From positions 62,001-126,000 of the forward strand of contig BQFW01000001.1 in the NCBI GenBank assembly GCA_020891255.1: a DNA stretch of 64,000 nucleotides. The letters run 5' to 3'. Shown here one piece after another: positions 36,037-46,288 of this stretch; position 1 is the first letter of the stretch; the number at the start of each line of letters is the position of its first letter. Under the pieces are notes generated by a model. It worked only from the letters and a program-made list of their open reading frames with translations. It ran no database searches and was not told where the DNA came from. The position numbers and the translations under genes were made by a program. The DNA comes from Entomortierella parvispora E1425. Its lineage: Eukaryota > Fungi > Mortierellomycota.

Positions 36037-37585
36037 CGACTCTCTCCGGCAGCTAAAGGTATGTATGCAGTGGGGTGCCATCACCGCTAGGTACACCACA
36101 CCACCTTGTTGGTATCCAAGGTGGCCCCCTTATAACGATCCTCGAGCTGTTGTGATATTCGATACATGATGCAGGACCGCTGTTTTTTCCTCTTTAAGCC
36201 CCCTTGTTGTTTTTTCTCCCTTTGAACTCAAGTCAATAATAGGCGCTGCGAGTAATACCCCTCGGACATTTTGCAGTCTCAGTGGCCACCTTGCACAACG
36301 ACTGTGCAGTAGGATATGAACTTTGGCTCGAGTGCCCAAGCCGATCCATCCGGCACTACCGTGATTCGTGAGTTTTTTTATTTTGTTTTTTTTAATATTT
36401 TGCTTTGTGGATTGCAAACCCACCCTTTACTCTTCTCTAGTGCCCACAGGAAACCAGTGAAATGCTATTTGCGGTTGTCGAAGAAGCCAGTTGACCTGAA
36501 ACCAGACGAGGACGCAAACGGACACCGCGCAGGACGCGAAGGGGCACAGCAGATTCTGACTCCACTAGGTCACCGTGCACCCAACTGCCTATCTGAAGAA
36601 CCGAGCATCTGAAGAAATGAGCATGCTTGGACTGGTATCGGAAACCAAAGCTATTCAAGGAATCATTGGGGCTGCTCCAATACCACTACCTCTGGTACAC
36701 GGCCTCGAGTACAGCATGGATGTTATGAGACCGGTCTAACCCCCCGTGCTTTCTTCTTGCACAAAATGATAAGAGTACCTGTGGACACAAGGGGATAGCA
36801 AGCATGATTCGAGTCGTTGAAAACCTGGAAACCGACGCAAGAAAGAAAAACACATCCCCGGATGGGATAGTACGACCCTTGTCCTTTTTTTTTTTAATGA
36901 AGATAGGCAAGTGAGGAAATAAATCACCTTTCAGAATGTACTACGTGGGATCCATGCTTGCGCGAGGAGTGCCCTACGATTGATTGTTTGCAGGACGTCT
37001 TTTGTGGCGAATGGACACAAGGAGCAGAGAAGACAGGTGGCGGGATCGAACAAAGTTGAACTTATCACTTGTGGTAATTTGTATTGAGAAATAAAGACCT
37101 GGCGGGCAAGAATCGGCCAACTGCAATTACCAGGCACCTTTCCACTCCTCCCTGTTGGGTGCATGAGGCGTCAATATCCACCTCAGTGACTGACTTGGGA
37201 ATCGTTCGAGCTTCACTCAATGCAATGTGGCCCGGAAGTCGTGTTGTTGCCACCAGACACGATTTGTGCCGTTGTCATCGCAATCCCGGTTGCTGCTGCA
37301 ACCATGAGTGATTTGAAAGCCTAATGGCTGCTTTCTTGTCGCGATCTTGCTGTAGACATCTTGATCTCGACTTTTTGGACGAAATTCGCTAAGATGATCT
37401 ATGGAAGTGAGGGGAAACATGGTGCAACTTCCTTTGTCTTGATATTTCTACACACACAAGCACACCATGATTCTCCACAGCAGCAACATGCAAACCCTTT
37501 GACTGCAAACTTGCAAAAAAGGAACAGTGGATAAGGGGACAAAAAAACTTCATTTTCGGCGTATGCATGGCCGACGTAAGTTTTT

Positions 37586-38139
37586 GCGACACCGTTCTGA
37601 TCATGCGCAAACTGATCCAGGACTTGCTGAAATCTGGTGCCATCGAATATAGTCATATCGTGGTTGGTTCCTGAGAAGGCTGAGCTGAGGTATGGTGTTT
37701 TCGTGGAGAATCATGACAGGAGCAAGAGGCTGTTTCTGAGAACAGGGTAGGGTAGGCTTAGTGTCTGCGTGTTTGTGCATATAGAAAGATCAAGACAAAG
37801 AGAGAAAGTCAGTTTCAAAGCAAAAAAAAAAAAAAAAAAAAAAAGAAGCGAGGTGAGGCATCAAAACGATCATTCTTGTTTGTGTCCCACAGTGCTACAT
37901 TGTTGGAAAGGAACATGCTGGAAATAACGGCAGCACCCTGCGCGCACAACCACACACACGCTTTTGGACCACAACCCATCAGTGCCCATCAGTGCTCTGT
38001 CCTCTCAGTCTTGTTCTGACATGGATTGTAGAGGGGAAGAAGTGAGCGGGATCCACATTAAGATCGCGCTGGATCTACAGCCATGACTTACTACATGATA
38101 CAGAGGAGCCCGAAACAATGTTGATCGGTGATGAAGGTT
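37586..38139. repeat. right arm of the ~553-bp inverted repeat (partner 31943-32495)
   Basis: Reverse complement of 31943-32495. Confidence 0.95.
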
Positions 38140-38143
38140 CAAC

Positions 38144-38600
38144 ATGGATGGACATGAACGGGAGGATGTCTAAGAGTATAGGGGAGTATTTCTCAAAAAA
38201 ATGGAGGAGTGCGAGCGTTGTATGATTCGCGTCGCTGAGGATGGGACTGAAAAACTCGTCCTTCCAGACGACTACAGCCCAAAAGAAGGGGAGCGGCCAA
38301 TCATCGTCTACACTCACGACGAATCAAGATTCTATTCGAACGATGGCAAGAGCAGTACCTGGAGGCCAGCTGGAGAGATGTTACTACGGAAGAAGGGTCA
38401 AGGTCTCTCGCTCATGGGTCCGAGTTCATTTCAGAAGTTTGTGGACCACTATCCTATGAGTATTTGGAAGCTGGAGTGGCAGTGGTAGAGTCATCTGTTG
38501 AATTCCTCAACTCCGGAATAAAGCGCGATGGATGGTGGACAGGAGACGACATGGCGAAGTAGTTTCGGAAGGCAATATCCATTCACAAGAAACATCCCAG
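38144..38600 (+). mobile_element. degenerate DDE transposase fragment, IS630/Tc1/mariner-like family with HDES motif
   Basis: MDGHEREDV*EYRGVFLKKM...IIVYTHDESRFYSNDG...W...GE..LRKKGQGLSLM, then a frameshift near 38414, then SEFISEVCG...RDGWWTGDDMAK*F..AI.IH. Stops at 38171 and 38561. Confidence 0.75.
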
Positions 38601-40335
38601 TCAGCCTATTGATAGCCCAATATATTGGCTTCGTAAGCACATCCTTCGCTGTCGTTGACCATCACAACACCAAGCTTTGTTTACATAGTGGAGCTCTTAA
38701 TTCAACGACACTCAACACTGCTACAGCCTGTCCCTTTTTCACTTTTGATTGCTTTGCCATGATCAATGGGCGGTCAAGTTTTTCTCGACTTGATTTTTCT
38801 CCGAAAAAAGATGATACATTGGTAAATGAAGCGGCGCAGACGCCTCACATAACAAAAAACTGCTGTATGATGTTCAAATGAAGTTGCTCTAGGCGCTCTT
38901 TACTTGGCGGCTTTGCTCAAATAGCTTCTAAAACGTCTTTCAAGGAGTGCTGCAGCTTTAGTCATCTAGTTTTCATATCTCTTCCGACTCGATTAACGCC
39001 TTGTAGGTACCCATGGATGATTGCCTGTCGCTCAGTTTGAACTGTCCTCGGAAGTCCAGGTTGCACCTGGCGTGCGTGATATTTTGAAGGCATTTGCTAG
39101 GGTTATGAGAGAAGCCTCAAATTGATTAACTGAAGAAGCAGGGATACTTGTACGTATTGAGACACCACATTCAGGACCACTGACGCCGTAGCCACTCCTC
39201 CATTCGGCAGAGCCCAGAGGTGTATCTGCTGGAACAGAAGCGGAACCACACATGGCGCAGCGTCTCAGAAGGTACTGCCACCATAATCCTCAGTAATGAA
39301 AAGGGATACAGAAAAAAACTTTGTCGACGCTCGTCAGAGCACTCAGGATGTAAAAAGAATTTCAAGGATGTGTGCGAAGAAAAAGGATGACAACGCAAGA
39401 GTTTGGATGTAAAGATGCTGTGCCCTGGATGGTCATGTAAAAAAAAAAAAAAAAAAAAAAAATGGACGGCTCACCGAATACATTTAATCGTCTGGACTTC
39501 AGCGCTATGCCCTTGCTCGCTGCCCACTGTGCCCCAAATGTCTGCAATGTCATGGAATGGAATGATCGTGGCGCTGGATCAAATTGGCAATGTCGGCTCT
39601 TTGATCAAAGGTAGCAAAAGCCCTCCTCCCCGCGTGTTCCCTTGGCCACTACGCTCAGTTCGTGGATTCGACGCGTGTCCGCCAGCGCTGCTGAACCTAA
39701 AACAACCAACTCCGCCACCACAACCCTTCCAGCTTCAATCCGTGAGTCAGCAGAGCACAAACCGCACTAGATACAACAATTGGTCGCCACTACAACGATG
39801 GAAAGAATCCATTGATGTGTAGAAACCACAGTATTGGCGTGTCTTTCAACCATCCTCTATCGCGATATTCTGCAGGGAGTGCGAGGCAGTGCGGACCTAT
39901 GGCTTTCGTGGAAATTTGCCCATGCCAGGGTCTGAAGCTGGGGAAGCGCCTTCGTATCACTCCACGGTTCTTCTTTCGCCCTTCCGTAGCTTCCGTACTA
40001 CTCGCGATGAGAAGAGAATGCCTCTTTCACTATAAAGGGTGCAAAGGGCGAGAGATATGGGAAAGCTGTCTTTGCCACATACTTCTTTCCTACTATTTCG
40101 TCGCTGCTTCTTCTGCCATATGGACAGTGGTTCCATACGAGCAGCAGGCGAGAAACCTTTCGGAGAACCCGGAAAAGAACACAGCTGCAACCTGGAGAAC
40201 ATTTATTTCACGAACGCTTCAGGCTTGAACAACAGGCAAGAGAAGCCTGACGTCGACGAAAATGCTTTCGGAGCAACCAGCTCATCCTTCCAACCTCTCG
40301 GGCTTGGCGGGCGTCCTTCGATCCACCACGACGCG

Positions 40336-42159
40336 ATGTCACGTGCATTGTCACCAACAAGCCAGGAAAGCAACAAGTCGCCCTTCTTTCTTTCTACTTT
40401 GTCATCCCCTCTGCGGTATTCCCTCCTACTACGACGATGTCCGACCGTACCTTCGAAAGCGACAGTGCCGAATCTAAAAAAACAGTGCCTATTTCCTTTG
40501 TTGAAACCCTATCAAGTGGTGCGGTGCCTCGCCGATTTGGGGTTGACCTTCAATGCGGACGACCTTGAGAATCCCACGCAACAAAAGACTATGGAGGTTT
40601 GCGAAACCTTCATGCATCTGGCTCAAGGGTTCACGGAAGATGAAGCTCAACTCAAGGATGCCTTCCAAATGCGTCTCAGAATGAAGTAAGAAGAAGACAA
40701 ACAAGACGAAAGTTCCGCAGATCTTCTTCTTCCTCACTCATACACAGTACGCTAATATGATCATATCCTCTCACTGCGCATGTAGGAGTTCGTGTTTGAA
40801 TGTGCCCTTCGCTCGACTGTGCGTATACTCATCAATGACGTAAATATCGCGTGCATCTCTCCGTTGCTATCAAGTGATTTTAACATTTGTTGATTTTAAT
40901 GCTCGTAGCTCAAAGATGATGCACGATGTTGGGATTTTGGATTTTCTTCTCTTGATCTAACAAACCCGGAGGCAGGCCGGGCGCGGAAAATGATCGGCGC
41001 TTTGGTGAACTTCATCAAATTCAAACAGGAAAGGGAGGGTGCATTCTTTAAAATGCTGAAGGAGACGGACTGCATCCTGGAGAGATACACACAACTTCAA
41101 GAAGAATACGACACAATGCTTGCAACTGTGGGAACGATCAAGTAAGCTGAGACTTTATGAGTATTTCTCAGATTTCTCAAAACTGGGCCATGTTTCTTTT
41201 CCTAGTTATAAAGTACAGTGTAAGTCGCACATTAGACCGAATTTCGGTCCATTGTGCGACTTTGCCAGTCTGTTCTTCGAAAATCAATTCAATGGTGACC
41301 TTTGTGGCCAACTTTTTGATATGTGGATCTCAACAAAAAAAAGGAAAAAAAAAAAAAAATGGAAAAAAGTGAAAAAAAATTTTGATTTTGACATATCAAA
41401 AAGTTGGCCACAAAGGTCACCATTGAATTGATTTTCGAAGAACAGACTGGCAAAGTCGCACAATGGACCGAAATTCGGTCTAATGTGCGACTTGCACTGT
41501 ACTCTCTAACACATTCCATTCTCTTTTTTCATGATTTTAGACTATCGCGGTTTGGCCAGGACTGAAAAGGAGGATGCCACGGCTCACTTGAACGCTCTAT
41601 TATTAGAGAATGGTGAATTGATGGCTGCGGACGTAAGAGTCCCCGTCTTTTTTTTCTTGTTCTTTTTGCAGGATTCTCCACGGTTACTGATTTTGTAATC
41701 TTCTTCCTTACTTTCATAGAGTGAGTTGGATGGGCTCCTTGAAAGAGCCACTGAAAAGTTGAACAAGATGCAATCAAAGTTGTCGATGTCCCCGAGGGTT
41801 TGCAGGAGGAGCTATCTCAGCTACCCATCAACATAACCGGTCTTCAAATGCAGTCAGTGCAGTTACAGCAAGATATTGATGCCCGATCTAGGGTCATTAG
41901 TTGTATGGAAACTGATGTAACAAAAGCACAGGGAGTTCAGGACGTCCTGAAGGACACGGTTGGCCTTCAAAAACAGCTTGACGATGAGACTACGGATCTT
42001 AAAACGATCCCATCGGCTATGGAGGAGTGTTATCTATCGGAGATAGTTCCACTTCGTCGAAGAAAGGAAAAGCTGCGGAATTCTTTCCTGAAAGCGGAGC
42101 AACAGTTGGTAAATCATCAACAACGTTGTGGCCTGTATCGAACTTCTTCAAACTTTTAA
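40336..42159 (+). pseudogene. NUF2: Nuf2-like kinetochore protein gene, divergent and frameshifted, with a MITE in one intron
   Basis: Calponin-homology segment LFPLLKPYQVVRCLADLGLTFNADDLENPT. After splicing it reads RLSKMMHDVGILDF, (frameshift ~40944), SSLDLTNPEAGRARKMIGALVNFIKFKQER, which matches Nuf2 G..DF...DL..P...R....SA..NF..F.E.R. A coiled-coil tail follows with further frameshifts near 41775-41795. Confidence 0.62.
41216..41499. mobile_element. 284-bp Tc1/mariner-type MITE with 109-bp terminal inverted repeats and TA target-site duplication
   Basis: TA|CAGTGTAAGTCGCAC...GTGCGACTTGCACTG|TA. The arms 41216-41324 and 41391-41499 differ by one base and flank a 66-bp A-rich spacer. Confidence 0.93.
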
Positions 42160-43392
42160 GGTAATGACCCGATGTAAATGATGGATGCTGTTGAATTGTT
42201 GTCACCGTACCAAAAGTATTGTTTTGATTGTACCTCTAGGCAATAATGGACACATGTAAAACGCAGAAATATAGCCAAACTACTCCTGAGCAGGTAGACG
42301 ACGAGGAGCTCCCAGAATCTATTGTCCACGACCAACAAGTATTAGCCTCCCTCTTTCTTGAGTGCCCAAGAGAATCAAATCTGTTTTTTTCTGCTTTCCA
42401 GCGAGAATCAAGTTACACAAAACCGAAAGAAGGGCCAATCAACTCGAAGAATCAAGAAAGGGATTCTCTTGGCCTCGAAGAAAGGAGGCAGGCTATTTCC
42501 TCCTCGACAAAATCACTCTTCGGTAATACAAAAGCCAAGTCTGTTTCAAAATGTCAAGAGCATGGACCTAAATAATGAAGCCCAGGAAGAGCCCCTCATT
42601 GCAGGTTCGCAGTTGTACTGGCCGTACAATTTTCTCGGTGCCTTTGCCCTCATGATCGAGCTGGTTATGGTGAGCTTTTTTTTCTCTTTCCCGTCTGTGC
42701 TACGATGGAGTGAGCGACGAATCGTCGCCGGTAAATTCTCTTCATGACTTTTCCGACTTGCTACAGAGACCGGATCCTGGACGGAGCTAAAGGTATTGCC
42801 CGGTACCCGATGAAAGTGCTGTAAATGTCTTTCTCTAGGTTATCGTAAGAGTTTCATCCAAATAAAGTCAAGTGCTGTAGCTGCAAACCACAAAACCGTC
42901 GTTTTCAATGGCCGGGGTTCACAAACCTCCTCTCCACCTACAGTGAAAAATATCTATTATGGCAACATCAACAACAATAACAATCAGTTGTCAATGATAA
43001 ACGGTCAGCCAAGCAGAGCATCAATCCTCTTACTCGGTGATGACCAGAAACACAAGTTCGAATCAACACAGCAAGGGAGTGAATGAATTAGGTGTCCGCG
43101 GCTGGCACCTGCAGATCTGGTGGGTTATCTTTCTCCCTGCACAGGGACATGCAAAGCATACATAGAATCTACAGACAAACAAACATGCGTAGTGTTTCTC
43201 AGATGACAGTTTTTTTTGGGTGCTTTTGATTGCTTCTTTTATTGCTTGCCATGAAAAAAATCGCGACAGGGGAATAAAAAAGGAGCCGAGTCAGGGATTT
43301 TGTCTCCATGATTCAATTGGTTTGTTCCTTTTTCCGAAAAAGCCGGGACTTGTAATTGGACAATTGGAGAACAAAAGGGACCTGAGCCACTC

Positions 43393-43925
43393 TTAACGGG
43401 TCTTGAAGTAATCCAAGAGGACGTTCATGGCCTCAGACTCCTCACCGAAATCCTTGACGACGACGCAGGAGCATCCGACGACCTTGCGGGCGTTACCCTC
43501 ACGATCGATCTTGCAGAGACCGGACCACTCTCCGAGCTTCTTGGCATCAGAGACCTTGATCAAGTTGATGTTGTGCTCAGCGCAGAGAGCCTCAACGAGC
43601 TTGATGTACTCCTTCTCAGTGCAGGTCTCGACGAGGACGGCCATATGGGCCTGACGTCTGTTGATGAAAAGAAAAAGAAAAAAAGTGTCAATTGAGGTTG
43701 TACAGGGGGTGGGGAACAAGAACAACAGAGTCTGGAGAGCCATTGAACAATTATTTACCTGTCAAGAGCCTTGGCGCACTCACGGAGACCGCGAGCGAGA
43801 CCGTCGTGGACGAGGGCACGCTTCAAGACCTCCTGGAGGGCCTCCTCAACGGACATCTGACCACGGGGAGCGGCATCGGCAGCAACCTCAACCTCGGCAA
43901 CAGCGGCATCTCTTTCTGCAGACAT
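43393..43925 (-). CDS. RPS12: 40S ribosomal protein S12 (eS12); 2 exons (43925-43759, 43657-43393)
   Basis: [28 protein letters not shown]|RQAHMAVL...[54 protein letters not shown]. Confidence 0.97.
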
Positions 43926-44021
43926 TTTTGATAGATTGTTTTTGTGTTTGGGTAGACGTCCTCGCTGGAAGAGAAAGAAGAGAAAGAAAGTGTGTAAGTC
44001 AAGAATGATTCAGGAGATTTG

Positions 44022-44224
44022 GATCTGGATCAGATCCATGAAAATAATGTGGCCGAGAACAGATCCAGATGCTGGAGCATTCCAGGCCGATTCCTCAACA
44101 AAGCATGTGCTGTTCCTTGGTAGAGATCGGTGGATCTACTACCAGGTCCGCAAAGAGAGACTGATCCTGCGAGTTGATCCTCGAGAAGACGATCGCAAGG
44201 CACAAGACAGTCGAACAGATGATC
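44022..44224. promoter_or_regulatory. GATC-dense segment upstream of RPS12
   Basis: Ten GATC sites within 203 bp (44022, 44028, 44033, 44062, 44125, 44133, 44163, 44176, 44191, 44221), ~100-300 bp upstream of the RPS12 ATG. A regulatory role is inferred only from position. Confidence 0.35.
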
Positions 44225-44753
44225 AGGATGTGTCGCAACTTACATGTCACAAAAGTGAAAGAAGCCAAAGAAACATTTTTCTCGGCTGAATATATACTGT
44301 TATAGCATATGCGACTACCAAACATTCTGTGACGATTACATTTTTTTTTTCCTGGTGCGAAAGCAAACAGGGCAAGAAGTCAACGAAAAAAGGGCAGGAG
44401 GCCAACTGAATTTACCAGGCCGTCCTCTCTGTTTCGATCGTATCTAGGAAAGCTGACGCAGAGGTATTTGTCTTTCTCAGCACAAGGATACCATTGTCAC
44501 GGACTAAAGAGGTAGATGATTTGTGGATTGAGGCACAAAGAGAACGGATCATTCTGTCTACAGGCGAATGAACAGGTAGACTATCGTGGCCATCTTGATC
44601 AGGAAGAGTTCAACACTTTGCTACTGTCGAAGAGAGTTGACAGCCTTCATAGGACAAATAAACACCAGAACCAGTTTGTGTTACCCTCCCTTTGACTTTC
44701 CCTCGATGGTTTTCTTTTGGGCGTCTTGGGAGTCAATTGGACAGATTTTTTAT

Positions 44754-45305
44754 TTATTTCTCGGTTGTCTTGTCTTTTTTGCTTGCAAAGAGAAGAGGTG
44801 AGATGCAAACTCCTACGAAAATGAGAAAGTAGCATATATATTTCAAGAGTCGCATTCGAAATTGGTACTGATATTGCCGAATCTGTGGATGAATGAATCT
44901 TCCCGCGGCATCTTTTCCGAATCTAGCCTTGAACGCCAACCTAAAGGCATCAAAGTCGTCGCCCCATTCCTCGCGGTTCTCCTCAAACCAGACTTTGGTT
45001 GAATTATCCACAAAGTACACAGGGATGAGGTTGAGCTTGAAACTGGAGCTCCAATTGTTGGCCCGTGCTATCTGGACAAACTCCACGATCCAGTCGGTGG
45101 GTTCGTCAGCTTCCGGTTCATAAGCTCGAAAGTACCTCGGGGTACCGAATTGAAGGTGTGGGTGATTGCAGCATTCTCGCCCTGTGGAGGCTTTGGCACC
45201 ATCATCGTGATTACCTTTATTGTCGACTTTGTCGGACTTTGAGCAAGCGAACGAGCGCTCCAACAGGGTGGAGGTGCTGGTTTTGGTGTCATAGGGAAAA
45301 GCCAT
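44754..45305 (-). CDS. stand-alone Ty3/gypsy Gag capsid-like protein (183 aa) with a C-terminal hydrophobic helix
   Basis: PRYFRAYE....EPTDWIVEFVQIARANNWSSSFKLNLIPVYF.....KVWFEEN...W.DDFDAFRLAFKARF resembles the retrotransposon Gag N-terminal capsid lobe. The ORF is intact, with a CT-rich leader and acaatcATG context. No LTR or pol is adjacent. Confidence 0.65.
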   Translation of the reverse strand: MAFPYDTKTSTSTLLERSFACSKSDKVDNKGNHDDGAKASTGRECCNHPHLQFGTPRYFRAYEPEADEPTDWIVEFVQIARANNWSSSFKLNLIPVYFVDNSTKVWFEENREEWGDDFDAFRLAFKARFGKDAAGRFIHPQIRQYQYQFRMRLLKYICYFLIFVGVCISPLLFASKKDKTTEK

Positions 45306-45579
45306 GATTGTAACGGTGGACTTCCTTCAGGGACAGGACAGGAGGGAAAGCAGGGGTGAAGGGGCAAAAGGAAGAGAGGAGGAGTAAGGGCAAAGAAGAC
45401 GGATAAGCATGAAAATGGGCGGTGCAATGGAGGGCGAGGTGGGAGTGAGAGAAGGCGAGAGCAAAAGATGGAGGGGAAGAGAGAAAGAATGCTCAGCCAC
45501 ACTGCGCCCATCTCCCTTCCCAGGAGCAAAAGGGCGCTTTTACGTCGTCTCCCGTCGACTTCACCGGGAGGAAAAAGAA

Positions 45580-46070
45580 GGAAGAGAAAGAGAAAGAAAG
45601 AAAGAGAGAGAGAGAGAAAGAGAGAGAGAGGGAGAGAGAGAGGGCGAGCAAGGAGCAAAAAGAGCACTGTTGCATCATGCATGGACATGTCGCAGTCGCA
45701 TGCTGTGTTTCTTCTCTTGTTTCTTCCTTCTCTTCTCTGTGTTGCTATCTTCTCTCTCCAACCCCCTTTTTCCAATCTCGACATATCCCCAAACACGCGC
45801 ATCTGTCCACTGTCGCCATCCGTCCCCGCTATCTCGCCTTTCTGTTCATTCTCCTTTTCATCCATCCATCCATCCCTCCTCCGTTCCTGACTGGCTGACT
45901 GCAGTGACGGACTGCCTGCAGTGACTGACTGACTGGCTGACTGACTGACTTATTGTGACCAGACACACACACACACACACACACACACAGACGCACACAA
46001 CCGCATTCGTTCATTCATTCATTCATTCATTCATTCATTCAAACACGCACGCACGCACGCACGCACTCGC
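45580..46070. repeat. composite microsatellite cluster: (GA)n, (TCCA)n, (GACT)n, (CA)n, (TTCA)n, (GCAC)n
   Basis: Read directly from the sequence, in the divergent intergenic region between the Gag-like ORF and the SPRY gene. Confidence 0.9.
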
Positions 46071-46288
46071 TGCATTGACCTCCCTTTCCTCTTCCTTTTC
46101 TCCAGTTTGCTTGGTCACCCACCTCACTCTCTCGCTCTTCATTGGTCCTTTTCCTCTTCTCCCTTTGCATTCCCCCTCGTGGGATCCCCCCTCCGTCAGT
46201 TGCTGACCCCCTTCTTCCCTTTCAGAGTCGATTGTCCCTCCTCCTTTCCCCCCCTTCCTTGTGTCTCATTTCTTTCTTTCATTTTGAA

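Noticed and set aside
41216-41499. Palindromic repeats that might suggest a CRISPR array
   Set aside because: There are only two long arms in inverted orientation with a TA duplication and no direct repeat-spacer periodicity, and the context is eukaryotic. It is explained as a MITE.
42246-42830. Short protein-like segments with a possible intron (YWPYNFLGAFALMIELVM / RILDGAKGIARYPMKVL)
   Set aside because: No coherent gene model or recognisable family.
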